Assembly: GCA_965285935.1 (NCBI GenBank)
Contig: OZ260662.1
Coordinates: 99,138,001-99,202,000, forward strand
Reading direction: 5' to 3'
Length of the DNA stretch: 64,000 nucleotides
From: Ophelia neglecta
Lineage: Eukaryota
In this document: positions 47,875-61,166 of the stretch, one piece after another
How positions within the stretch are numbered: position 1 is the stretch's first letter
How the letters are laid out: every line of letters starts with the position of its first letter
Notes under the pieces: generated by a model
Database searches by the model: none
What the model was told of the DNA's origin: nothing
Seen by the model: only the letters and a program-made list of their open reading frames with translations
Translations under genes and position numbers: made by a program

Positions 47875-50800
47875 CTGAAAGAAAATATTGCATATTGGAT
47901 AATGCTAGAAATTTATATTTTGAAGCCTAAGAAAGATAATTAAAGTATTGCAATGATATTTTAGTCATTCATATACGATTTTTAAAAATTCTTTAACCCT
48001 AATGAGACCACCCACCCAAACCCAAATATCTCAACACCAACCGAAACCTTTACCCAGACCAGTCCTAATCGTAAGGACACAGCATCATAAGCAATAAATG
48101 CTGCCCAAAACCCCGAACATGTTTCATTCCAAAAGGCATTATGTGTTACAGCTAGTGACCTCCCTCTCAGGAACATGCTAGTAGAGGTACATGCATAACT
48201 GTTCTAAAGATTGGATCCACTGTTATGTAATCAATGGTCCCTTCCTTCTCTTGCTTTTGGCACTTCTCTGAATGGATATGTGCCAGCTGTTATTTTGCGC
48301 CATTGTCAGCTCCCAACTGCTGTGCGAGCTCTAAAGAGCTAACACAGAATAGTGGCAGCCACCAACATCAACGTGATTCACAGTTTTAGGATTATAAGTG
48401 GCAGTCCCATTATACGTACTGCTGACTTACGCGTCCAAGCCTCCAAATCATTGTGTACCACTCTCATAGACATTATCTTTTCCCCATGGCTATTAAATTT
48501 ATTTTTGTTGTTTCTCCATGGTTGCCTGCTGTCTCTTATTTATCTCTAAACTATCAAGCTTTGTGGTAACTTCGCACAGTTTCAAAGGCCACTATGATAG
48601 CTGCAACTATCCCTATGGTTATGTAGTATCAAGTTTGTCAGCACTAAACCTGGCTGTCTTACCAGCTTCTTGGTCAGCTGTAGGTCCATGTGTCAACGTG
48701 ACATGGTCCGGTGATTTCTCCATGTCATTGCCGAGTTTAGCAATGACCTGATCTCCTTGTTGTAGTCAGTCATAATTAATTTTTCAAAACAATAGCTAGC
48801 TTCTTTACACTTTCTAACGTTATCTCTCTTATTCCCGGTTCAAACAAATTAGAGTTCTTTTCTTTGTTCCTATTTTGGCCGGAAAACAACTCGCCAGGTT
48901 ACAGATTTACCAATTTTTAGCGAGCCCCACTATGACTTCTATTTTCAGTTAACTTTGAATAAAGTGGCCATGAGGGTTATGTGCTTTATGTATTTGCTTG
49001 CATCGGTCAAAATCAAAACAAACTTCAAACGAAAGAATGTGGGAAATACTAACCAATCCTACAGTCGGGCTGAACTGCTTCGTTGGCGCATGGGCACTGA
49101 TATCCACAATCACATCTGTAATTGATTCCATCGGGGAAGCACGTTCCGCCGTTTTTACAAGGATTCGACGTACAAGGGGTTATTTCTAAAATAACATCAA
49201 CAAAAATTATATAGCTTTAATAGCGGTCATGGTAAAAGACGTAATGCAGAATGCGGAATGGAATTGGAAATTTTTGGTGCCTTCTTCCAGACATATTCCA
49301 CCCATTGGTTCAAAAATCTTAATACTAGACATAGCAGTTCAACTTAATTTCATCGTTTCTTTTCTATTGTGGTCGGATAACAGCTCGCCAGGTAACCGAT
49401 TTATCAAAATTTGGCGAGGCTCATTATATTATGACCATTTCTGTGTCTGAGCTTTGAATACAGTAGTCTTGAGTACAGTGACGTAGGCAAATCACCGTGG
49501 AATCATCATTTTTGTGTTGTCCAGAAAAGAAAGCAAGGGACTAGGCAGAAAGCCCATATATCTCGATTCGGGTATTGCTCTTTAAAATGCAGCTTCTGCC
49601 AACATGACCGGTGCGAACTAGCTCTTCTGTTCGCAGATAAATAAGGCTGTTTAATGGATTTTCAGCGCTTTCAATGAGTGTATTACCGAGCATATTTTAA
49701 CATGATTTCAATTGCATAATGTCTTGTGCATTGTAAGCGGTCATCTTCTATAGGTAGGAGTGGATATTCCGTTGGCAGAGAAGGCAACTTCTAACAATTC
49801 AATTGGGTTATCAATATAAATACACATTTCATAAAATGTTAGGCAAACAAGACAAGATTTCCTAAAGTGCATGTTCACAACTGGACCTAGGTTTTGGACA
49901 GGGATGCTCGGCTTGGGCTGCAAATGCCAGGAATAAACGTTAGTGATGATAAAACTGGACATGCGCGCCTAAACCTGATTTTTTTTCAAGGGCTGCGCTT
50001 TAATAAAAAACTTTGGCAGTGCGGTTGGGTTTCCAAAATTAGCCAAAGTAAGGGCGCTGGAAACCAAATAGTCGTCCGCAGGGGTTCGATGAAGGGAGTA
50101 GTTCATCTATTGGCCAGAGTGCAGCGTAAATACCTAGGCAATTTTGAGTAAAGCTTTGATTGCACAACATGTAGTGATTGTGAACTCGATTCTCTGGGAG
50201 CGCAGTTGACATTATACATGGTGCCAATGCAAACATGGCAATTTCATGTGCCTCATGGGCAAAAACACAGCATTGCAGTCATGGCCCCGGTTAAACACCA
50301 ACGACATCAGCCCGATTAGATCTGACATAAGTTATCTGTGTCTGCTAATATCTGTCATTTCGTATTTTATCGTTCCGACTTTTCCGTATTCCGCACCGTA
50401 TTCTGCGTTACCTTTTTTATCATGACAGATTTAATGTGTGTGAAGGCACACATCGCAAAAAAAAACTTAATTCCTAGTCAATTTCACATAATTAGATTAT
50501 CATAATATTATATTCTTACCTGTTTCACACCTTAATCCAATAAATCCATTGCCACAGGAACAGACGAAAGTGCCAGTAGCGTCATTGCATAAACCTCCGT
50601 TAAAACATGTCTCGTTTGTACAAAGAATTTTTTCTAAGAACAAATTATTATATACTGATTGATTTTGAAAAATATGACTCACATTGATTGCTGTTTTTAA
50701 TTATATTAGTTTTGCGACACTGTAACGTCTAATTTACGCTAGAATGTTTAAGTGCAACTTGCGAACTCGGTAACGTTGTCGCCTCATGTTCAAAAACACG

Positions 50801-53800
50801 AATGCCGTAATTCTAAGCTCACCTATTTCACAATTGGTTCCGGTATAACCATCTAAGCAGTCACAGGTAAATCCGCCAGATATATTCCTACAGGTCCCGT
50901 TGTTTTCGCAAACTTCACTGCTGCAATCTATCAAATGACATGAGTATAAGTTAACAGAATATAAGATCTGTCAGAACTACCAATAAGCAGATTAACTATG
51001 GTAAGATGTATCCACCTTTTATTATATTGTATGTTGCGCAGGCAACGTTTATTTCATCAGTACATGTAGGATGCATGACATTAGACGGATCAAATACTTG
51101 TCCATTTGTACAAGGGCGTTGTGGGTATTTCCTCTTAGATGCGCAGCGGATGAACTCCGAACAATTGTTTGGCTCAGGATAGTAGCCATCATCTCTCCAT
51201 GAACAAGATGCGATATCTTCAAAGATAGATGTGCAGAATGCACCAAAATATCAAGAAAATGTATTTACAAAAGTCAGTTCTGAATGTTGTTATTTTATGC
51301 ATTACAAGCATATTAGCAATTAAACAGATTCGTTACCGTTTTCACACTTCGGTTGAACCGCCTGGTTTGCACATTCACACTTTGCACATATACAATAAGA
51401 AGTGGATGGTCCGTCCTGCACACAGGTACCTCCATTCTGACATGGATTGGGATCGCACGGATGGTATTCTAATGAAATGAAAACACGTGTTTAGCACGTA
51501 CCCTTGCATATTTAGTTGCACAAGCAAACCAAAACGTTGTTAAACAGAGAATCGTACTTTTATATTTGATGCTGTTCTCTGATAAGGTGGCATAGTTTTA
51601 TTAATGCAGGTTACGTTAAATTTGTAAAATAGAAAATCTTAATATTGGTTTAACCCAATCACGGTATGAAAGAAGTCTACACATTGAATACAACGTAGAA
51701 TATGGTTTCTATCATTTGGTGTCATATCAGTAGAATACGAATTTACTTACCTGATTCGCATTGGGATCCGGTATATTCAACTGGGCATGTACAATGAAAG
51801 CCATTGATAGTATCGTTGCAAGTTCCACCATGTAAGCACGGGCTTTCGATACAGGGAATTATTTCTGCAAATCACGACATTACTTCAGTACGATTTGATA
51901 TATTGACAACAGTGCCCCAGTGATTTGCCTTCATTCTCATTGCCAGTGATATGTCTTTATTCTCATTGCCAGTGATATGCCTTTATTCTCATTGCCAGTG
52001 ATATGCCTTTATTCTCATTGCCAGTGATATGCCTTTATTCTCATTGCCAGTGATATGCCTTTATACTCATTGCCAGTGATATGTCTTTATACTCATTGCC
52101 AGTGATATGCCTTCATTCTCATTGCCAGTGATATGCCTTTATTCTCATTGCCAGTGATATGCCTTTATACTCATTGCCAGTGATATGTCTTTATATTCAT
52201 TGCCAGTGATATGTCTTTATTCTCAGTCCCAGTCATATGTCTTTATTCTCATTGCAGGTGGTATGCATTTATTATATATCTACTTGTAATTACATCGTAA
52301 ATTGATTTATATCACCGATTTCACATTGTATAAACGTCGCGTGTCAGAAGATAAGTCATACTAAATCCAATTCCGACTGACAAAATCGTGATAAACAATC
52401 AAATCCACATGCATGGATATTTTTTTACTTTACCTGAGGAAAAGTTAGCTTATCTATATAAAGACCATATATTTCTTGAAGCATTCATCAAACGCTTTCT
52501 CGTGAATTAGCCAGCATTTTCCCGAAAACGATTTGGAAATGGTATTGTAGCTCGACATTTTCTTTTCTTGTCGGGTTCGCAATACGCATATTCTCTTTTT
52601 ACTTGTGGAATTTGGGTTAACTATTATTTTGCCTGCGGGTAGATTTTCCTGTCGATTCAGCAGATTTTGATGGACTATAGTTTAATGACTTTGATTTGTC
52701 TTTAGGGTATGCAGTCCCTTTTTAAAGTGTTAACTTAAACGATCAATTAGTTTTGTTTTATGCGTAGAATAAACAAAGTCACAAATACGGTATAAGCAAA
52801 TAATACACGTGATAGAATGGGATTATATAATAGCAATAAGCTGGAAAGCACAACTTTCTTTTGATATTTGACTACGATAAGAATAAATTGATCTAGCTGA
52901 CTGACTACTTAGCATTCCCCCCTCCCTCATCACCCTCCGCCGAATGGGAACACTTATGTTCTAATATGGCGCCGCGTCGCGCTTTCGCCATGCCAACCAA
53001 CCAGGATAGATTGTTTTCAAAAAAGCCACTCATATGATTTTTTCACATAATGTACCCATTTGACTGAAAATTAATCGTCAGAAACGCTACCGTTTTGCGA
53101 TGTTCGCATATCTTAATGTGATGATGTTACTTCACTGTTATTCACGACCGAAAACACAACTAAGTTTGTAATCTTGTCTGGCAATATCATGCAAAAAGTA
53201 GTCTTGTGGGGGATGGGGGGGGGGGGAATGTTGCACTCAGAGGACTCAAAAATCTTTTACACTGGCATGGGACTCAAACCCAATATATCAAATCGATTAA
53301 AATAATCTTAAAGAAGGGACATGACATTTTGTAATTAGTGTAAGATATTTACAAATAAATAAAGTCAAGAATCACTGGCATAATTTTAACATCAAATGCG
53401 GTTCAAAGGTTCTGACACATTTATGATTAGGGTATAATGTGAATATCGTATACAAAATTGAAACACGAATGTCAATTGGCTACTTCACATTTTCTACAAG
53501 CGTTGGAAAATACAAATCATTTTTACACATAAGATAATTCATTCAAAGTCATCGAAATTATGCTATGATAATAGAATTGTGAATCACTTTGAACATAACT
53601 TATTGAACGGGTTGTGTGTTCAAATGTAACTGGCCTATGGAAACTGTCAATGGAGCTAGTTGTTTGCCGGGGCCGCGCTTTGCATAGCAACATCGGACCG
53701 AGGTCACGGTTTTATGCCAATTATTAATGAAGGATACAATAAATCACAGTTTCATTGATTATCTACCTGTTTCACAAAGATTCCCCGTGTAATGCGCAGC

Positions 53801-56800
53801 ACAATGGCATACGTATCCGGCTATTGTATTCTGACATGTTGCTCCATTCGAGCAGTTTACATCGCTACAAAACTCCGGCAATTCTGTTAAAAAAGACGTC
53901 AGGTCTATTCATGCATGATGAAGGAAGAGTGGGTTATAACATTCAATGATGCGACATAGTGAGCCAATTTCAACTTCTACTAATATGATAACAAAATAGA
54001 ATGACTTAACCTGTTGCACATGCAACTTCCGATGGGGCGAAGCATATCACATTATTTGTAGAATTGTAGCCAGGGTTAAACACTAAGTTAGCGGGATTAC
54101 AGGTCACTTCGGTTTGCCCATTGTCGTAACACCTTAGAGACTTGTGACAGTCTGATGGAGACGGAAAATATGCGTTTCCGGTCACGTTCCTCCAAAGACA
54201 AGAAGATAAATCTGAAATTAGAAAATATAAATGATTGATATCAACAAACGCCTAACAGGATGTTTCCTGAAATGTAACGGTCATATGCAGTTTTAAAATT
54301 TGTTGGCATTTCTTCATACAAATGATTATTCATATAACCAATTACTAGCGAATAGAAGTTATAAGCTTTCTGAAGGTTTATTTTACAATATTAAGTTCGC
54401 GAGTTTTAAATTCCCATTGCCAGTTGACGCGTATATATTATCAGCGTTTGCTGTGAAACATCGCACCAGGCACATCTTCGTAAATGAGACAAATGACACC
54501 CATCAGTGTATACATTCACATTTTGGCGAGGTTTCATTTTCCCAGGACGAATTAACGCTTTTATCCCGGTAGGCCATTAAACTGAACCAGTTCCTGTTGC
54601 GTTGATCGACCTATTAACAGAATGTTCCCTTCCAAATCAAGTTTTGTTTAATTAACAAAATAAATTAGGTAGATCACACCTATCCAGATAACATAACGTG
54701 TTATTTACCATTCTCGCAGTTTGGACCTGCTTGCAGATTGGCACATTGGCATTTAGCACATACACATGTGTACTCCCCTATACCGTCAATACACGTACCT
54801 CCATTTTGACAAGGTGTGCTAGCACACTCATCAATATCTAAATATTGTTTAATCTGAATTAACATTGGTGCAGTAAAATGAGAAAATATATTTGAAATCA
54901 ATATCACATATATTAATGGACTTTGTTGCTGTGGTATAGTGTTCATTTTATTACTCTTTACTGTTGAAATCGTAGAAACATGTGTATCCTTAAGGATACA
55001 CATCTCCTTTTAGGAGAAAATTCTGTTTGTTTTGAACTTATTATAATACGAATCTGTTAAATGTCTTACTCAATTCACAATATGACTCAGTGTAACCTTT
55101 GGTACAGTTACAAACAAAACCATCGGCCTCGTCTTCACATAAACCGTCATGCTGACACGTGACATTCTCACAGTTTAAACGTACTGAAACAAAAAACATA
55201 GCAACCAAGCCAACGTTATTGGAGAATGCCGTTGATATAGAATTCATTGCAAGTGCCCTGCCTTCATCGGTAGATCGAGCTAGTAAATGTCATAAGGCAA
55301 TGTCAGGCACTCTATCGATTGGTGTGCAACGCTCATTGAATGTTACCAGTAAGTATTAATGGTAAAGGCATACAGGGCATGCCCATTATAACAATGATAT
55401 GGATTTATCTGGCTTTGATTTACTTTGATTTAAAGAAAATGGACAATAGTGACAAGCATATTCATACTCTCTTATTATAAGTCACTATTAGAGCATGAAA
55501 GGGATGTTAAAGGAGCATTGTTTTTAAATGCACCCACGTTGGTACGTACACATAGTTTAGGCTTTGGTTTAGCTAGGACCTTTGCTTTGACCCCGTTGCC
55601 CATGGTGCCAGTAGATTTAACTAGAGTCACGCCTCTAATATAGAAGTATGGGAAGTCCCTTGGGAGAATAGTACGTTCTAGATACAGATGCTTTATTCTG
55701 TCAACACTTTTGTTTTGTGGTGGCAGCCAACATACAACAAATCGTTTATTTCAAAAAGAGGGGCATGGCATCTTGGATGTGCTGCACGCCGTAATAGAAC
55801 ACACAACGGACAAAAAGCTCAGAGTTCGATACAAAAAAGCAACACAAATGAAAGGAAGTGTTTGCTCTTCTCTTGATATGTCACCGCCCCTGTCAGATAT
55901 TGATACCACCTGAATCCTTGCGCTTTAATAATAATTTGCACTGAGAAAAGTATGATATTTGAATTATCATACGATATAAATTTGACTTTTGGTTTGTTTT
56001 TTACCCTCACACCTCACACGTTTCTTCTCAGAAAACCCAAGTAACATTGGTGCCGATTGTGAATGCACTGTTCACTGATACATTACACCCATTACCACAA
56101 TGACCGGGTGTACACAAGTCAAGATATAAGCTACATCAGAAGATGAAAGCAGGAGTTTTGCGGTAAACTGGCGGTCCTCATTATACTTTCTCGACATAAT
56201 AAGAAAATGAGAATGAATGTAGTTAATATGGCTATGTGGCTTTAGCTAAGCTGGAGCAGCACCGACGGAGGGGTTCCTCCACAAGTCTACGCCATATTCA
56301 TATTCGTGTTAACAAATCAGCAGGTATAGGGGGTTGGCGCTAACTGGCCTGTTCTACCAATGACGGAATAATGTAATAACGGCAATAGAACTCGGATTCT
56401 CCTATTATTTTAGGTTGGTTGTAAAATGGCCCTGAAACCTTATCAATACATGTAGTACACTTTAAATGAGGCGCTTTAGAAGCTATATACGAGCTCACCT
56501 CCATTGGTAGTACTATGATCCCTTGTCGTGATACTGGTTAGCCCTGATATCGGTGTAGTGAAGTCATCGGTAGTCGATGTGGTGGTGGAAGTGGCCGTCG
56601 TTGAAGTTGTAGGATTTGCTGTCGTTGTAGTGCTAGTAGTTGCTATCGTTGTTGTGGTAGGTTTGATTGTTGTTGTGGTAGGATCTGCTGTAGTTGTAGT
56701 GGTAGTAGTTGCTATTGTTGTTGTGGTAGGTGTGATTGTTGTTGTGGTAGGATCTGCTGTCGTTGTAGTGGGAGTAGTTGATTTTGTTGTAGAGGTAGGT

Positions 56801-59800
56801 CTGGCTGTCATTGTTGTGGTTATAGTGGCTGTCGATGTGGTTGTAGATGGTTCTGTCGTTGTAGTGATCGTTGATGCTTTCGTTGTAGTGGTAGTTGGTG
56901 CTATCGTTGTGGTAGTAGTTGGTGCTACCGTTGTAATGGTAGTTGGTTCTTGCGTTGTAGTGGTAGTTGGTTGCTTCGTTGTAGTGGTAGTTGGTTCTGT
57001 CGTTGTAGTGGTAGTTGGTTCTGTCGTTGTAGTGGTAGTTGGTTCTGTCGTTGTAGTGGTAGTTGGTTCTGTCGTTGTAGTGATAGTTGGTTCTGTCGTT
57101 GTAGTGGTAGTTGGTTCTTGCGTTGTAGTGGTAGTTGGTTCTGTCGTTGTAGTGGTAGTTGGTTCTGTCGTTGTAGTGGTAGTTGGTTCTGTCGTTGTAG
57201 TGGTAGTTGGTCCTGTCGTTGTAGTGGTAGTTGGTTCTGTCGTTGTAGTGATAGTTGGTTCTGTCGTTGTAGTGGTAGTTGGTTCTTGCGTTGTAGTGGT
57301 AGTTGGTTCTGTCGTTGTAGTGGTAGTTGGTTCTGTCGTTGTAGTGGTAGTTGGTACTATCGTTGTAGTGGTAGTTGGTTCTTGCGTTGTAGTGGTAGTT
57401 GGTTGTTTCGTTGTAGTGGTAGTTGGTTTTTGCGTTTTAGTGGTAGTTGGTTCTGTCGTTGTAGTGGTAGTTGGTACTATCGTTGTAGTGGTAGGTATGG
57501 CTGTTGTTGTAGTTGGTAGTGTGGTTATAGTAGTAGTTGGTACTATCGTTGTAGTGGTAGGTATAGCTGTTGTTGTAGTTGGTAGTGTGGTTATAGTGGT
57601 AGTTGGTACTATCGTTGTAGTGGTAGGTATAGCTGTTGTTGTAGTTGGTAGTGTGGTTATAGTAGTAGTTGGTGCCGTAGTTGTAGTGGTAGTTGGTACT
57701 ATCGTTGTAGTGGTAGGTATGGCTGCTGCTATAGTGGTAGTTGGTGATGTCGCTTTAATGGTAGTAGTTGCTATCGTAATTGAGGTAGTGGTCGCTGTCA
57801 TTGTAGTGGTAGCTGGTGCAGTCGTTGTAGCGGTAGTTAGTTCTGGCTTTGTATTTGCAGTTGGTTCTTTCATCGTAGTGGTGTATTGTTCTGTCTTCAT
57901 CATGGTAGGTGGTGTTTTCGGCGTTATGGTGGGTGGTGCTTTCGTTGTAGTGGTACTTTTTGCTATCGTTGTTGTGCTAGTGGGTGCAGTCTTTGTAGTG
58001 GTACTATGAGCTGTCTTTGTTATGGACGTGGGTGCTGACGTTGTAGTAGTATGGTCTGCTCTTCTGACTGGATCGCGTATTCGGCCTCTACCAAATTGTT
58101 CACGCATTCCTCCCGATGTTGCTGACCATTGACTTATTTGACGAACGCTGACTATAAGATTGCTAACAAATTCCAAGTCATTCCTTTTTGGACCAGGAAT
58201 TATGAATGTAATCTGGTATATGACGATGATACTGCCTTCGCTAAATAAGATAAAAAACTATTGTTGCATCTATTCCAATATCTTATCTTCTGTCAATAAA
58301 CTTTAAGACCAACATAAAACTTAGTTTGGAAATAAAAAACAACATATACCTGAAACTTATCACCTGACATCCACCATAATCCAGTGTACTGTTGGCACTG
58401 AATGATAGTTCCATCTAACAAAAAACGTGTAGTAATATATAGTACTATGGGTAAACTAGGAATTCGTTTTAATGCATCTAATTCATTGTCTCCTGCTATA
58501 CCTACTTCTAAATATATTAGTGTGTTTACTGATGTCAACCAATACCAGCGGCTTCTCTGTTGTAAGTGTATTATCGGATTTTTTAAAATGTATGTATATC
58601 TTGCATTTCTCATCTTTCATTTTTTTTCGGACATGTTTTCACCGCCGTTCAAGGACTATAGCTTCAATGTTTTCTTTCTTACCTCCTTGCAAAATCGTTC
58701 TTGGAGACTTTTAAACTCGGCTGATTTCATATCCGCGTATTGAGTCCTAAACGGTTGATCCAGCAGCTCTATTTCTCCCACCACTATGAAGAGAAATGAT
58801 AAAGATAATTAACCTTTAGTCCGTCATTCATTTCCAGTCAATGCACACAACTTTATAAATCGAGTTGATTAATTATATCAAACTCACGATCCAGCACACT
58901 GTTTGTCTCTGCAATAAGGATAAACATGTGATTGAGAGAATCATTCAATTTATTTGTCATTTAGGAGAATAATATAACTTCTTGTAACATTATCAACGGT
59001 ATGTGTCTAAACTCCATTAAAATCTAATCGACAAGTGGCGGCAAGTTCACGAGTAATTCTGACAATTCGTAAAGGAAGATACTTAAATAGACGGACCTCT
59101 AAAATGCAAATGCCAAATAAGCACACCAATACCAGCGAAAAACAAAGCAATTGTTGCTAATGAGAAGAAGAAGATATTCCTCGGCATGAAAGACATCCTG
59201 CGGCTTCTTTTTCCTGGATCCCGCTTCAAAACGTTTTCTTCGCGTCTGTTTTTACCCCTATTAAGTCCGTTAAACCGCTGGTTTGGGTATCTATCGTAGG
59301 TGGGTAGGTAAAAGTCAGGCATGTGCGGATGATAGGCAGGAGCAATAACCGGTGGCATGACGTAAGATGGTGGTGCAGGTTCGGAACCGACCGAGTCACT
59401 CTGAAATAGTATGAACCACAAATATTGACATTTTCTTCCATAGGGGTTAAACATGTAAAACTATCCAATGCCATGTAATTTTTATTGCAAAGTTTATGAA
59501 ACATAGCTGAAACGAAGTTTTTCTAGATTTATGTCCAGGTCTGTCTTATATATATATATATATATATTCTCCATTGAATTTTTTTTTTCAAAAATAAGCA
59601 TTCGGTTTATTTGTATTCATAATTAAAATATCTGATTGTAAACGCCTTTTAACTCAGTATTAATTTAGCAGGACAGGGAAGCCAAATTGAAGTAATTGTC
59701 GATGTTATGGGAATGGGGCCTGGCGAACGAACAATAATTTCCGTTTTATATACACACCTGACTGTTGTTGACATCATGCCATTGCCACGAACGCAAAGTG

Positions 59801-59832
59801 TCGGATGTCCTCCAGATTCGCTTTCCAAAGGG
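47672..59832 (-). CDS. Gene C: intact type II SEA-mucin with 7 EGF and 3 CBM14 domains, at least 1245 aa; first exon not located
   Basis: Exons 59758-59832, 59097-59400, 58888-58908, 58683-58783, 58350-58414, 56499-58240, 55070-55183, 54709-54837, 54011-54211, 53767-53883, 51751-51864, 51337-51468, 51016-51216, 50823-50927, 50520-50633, 47672-47874 total 3738 nt in frame. Confidence 0.87.
50520..50633 (-). CDS. Gene C EGF exon
   Basis: [34 protein letters not shown]. Confidence 0.85.
50823..50927 (-). CDS. Gene C EGF exon
   Basis: [34 protein letters not shown]. Confidence 0.85.
51016..51216 (-). CDS. Gene C CBM14 exon
   Basis: [33 protein letters not shown]; 201 nt. Confidence 0.85.
51337..51468 (-). 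CDS. Gene C 8-Cys EGF exon
   Basis: [27 protein letters not shown]. Confidence 0.85.
51751..51864 (-). CDS. Gene C EGF exon
   Basis: [34 protein letters not shown]. Confidence 0.85.
51918..52270. repeat. Intronic 26-bp minisatellite (~13 copies)
   Basis: Unit tcattgccagtgatatgcctttattc head to tail with no spacers. Confidence 0.95.
53767..53883 (-). CDS. Gene C EGF exon
   Basis: [34 protein letters not shown]. Confidence 0.85.
54011..54211 (-). CDS. Gene C CBM14 exon
   Basis: [36 protein letters not shown]; 201 nt. Confidence 0.85.
54709..54837 (-). CDS. Gene C calcium-binding-type 8-Cys EGF exon
   Basis: [37 protein letters not shown]. Confidence 0.88.
55070..55183 (-). CDS. Gene C EGF exon
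   Basis: [34 protein letters not shown]. Confidence 0.85.
56499..58240 (-). CDS. Gene C exon: SEA C-half plus expanded Thr-rich mucin (24-bp VNTR)
   Basis: [13 protein letters not shown] then many TTTTTEPT units. Confidence 0.9.
58350..58783 (-). CDS. Gene C SEA exons 58683-58783 and 58350-58414
   Basis: 101 and 65 nt, near identical to B. Confidence 0.85.
59097..59400 (-). CDS. Gene C cytoplasmic tail plus TM exon
   Basis: [13 protein letters not shown]...[38 protein letters not shown]. Confidence 0.88.
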
Positions 59833-60968
59833 CTACGCGAATAAAATTTAAAATGGAAGAACATTTGTTATAATAATAAATCGTGTAATAATTTCAATTC
59901 GTTTTCAAAGAGTTTTACTGCCATAAGATATCAAAATTGTCTGTGACAATGATGGTAGGACAGTAGGTGCCGTATGAACTTTTATACAATCTACACGAAG
60001 TAATTCACGAAACAGTGCAAAAGTACATATAAGCTTTAATCCTATGCACATTGAAGAGTAACATTATCATGGATTTGGAAACCTATACAAACATTTAATT
60101 AAATCAGGGCGACAACTTGTTATTCACCCTGTAATTATACACGAATATCTTATACAAACCTGTGTTTTGAATATTCACCAGCTTCAATCTATAAAAAGTA
60201 TACAATGGTGTTTTGTTTTATTCCCTTAAATTGCTGGCCTGAAGCTATTTGACTATGTAAGTTAGTTCCAAAATTAGATGATTCGAAAACGAAAGAAGAC
60301 ACACATATATATGTCATTGACATAGTATTTTAACTAAAGTGGGTCAAGATATTAAACGTCCGGTAATCCACAAGTAACAGGAGAAGAATTATAGCTATTA
60401 AAGATACAACTTGCTTACATTTAAAGAGATACTTCTTTAAAAGGTATAAGACAACACTTTTTATACTTCATTATCCGTCATTCTTGAAAGTATAATTTAA
60501 AAAACTAATTTGGTAAAATGTGCTTCGCATTTTTACCACGGGGCCTCGATGTTATATAGTTGTAACGCCCATGATGGCTGTGTGATGGTAGTTCATGCAG
60601 AAAAGACAAGTGTGAATTTGTTGACTACGCCATTAACATTGCACAAAATCTTTACACAAACAGTTCGAATGGGATCCAGCAAGACACCTACCACATTTTT
60701 TACAATAACTAGATGTTCCCTTAAAATAAATTGTTGAAATTGACATGAAAGCGCCTGCATTCCTATCTGCCACCAAAAATCAACAAAGCAGTACTGTAAA
60801 ATTATGGCAAAACAACTGGCTCCTGTTTGACTTGATTTGCCCCCTGGACGAAAATAATTGAAATGTACAGAACTGATTTGCTTTGGGGATTAAATACATC
60901 GGTCGAACCAATATTTCCGGACAACTAGGAATACCATTGCTACGAGGCTTTTGGCTTTACTGTCGCTT

Positions 60969-61166
60969 CTTAAATTTATGTATGCAGTTACGAAAGACTC
61001 CTCATGAGTATTGCTTTTAAATGTGTTACATCAATTTCTAGGCATACTGATATATGCCATATCTTAAATTTATGTATGCAGTTATGAAGGATTCTTAATG
61101 AGTATTGCTTTCAAATGTGTTACATTAATTTCAAGGTATACAAGGCAACAACTGCGCTAAAATAAA
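60969..61166 (+). mobile_element. 198-bp insertion with 7-bp flanking direct repeat and an internal 94-bp-period duplication
   Basis: gtcgctt at 60962-60968 and 61167-61173; ends aaaataaa; absent from the B paralog. Confidence 0.6.

Noticed and set aside
51918-52270. Regular repeat resembling a CRISPR array
   Set aside because: No unique spacers, no cas genes, located in a eukaryotic intron
56528-58009. Poly-Val ORF and the RCSGSWFC repeat ORF (56950-57519)
   Set aside because: Alternative frames of the 24-bp VNTR; splice phase supports only the minus-strand Thr frame
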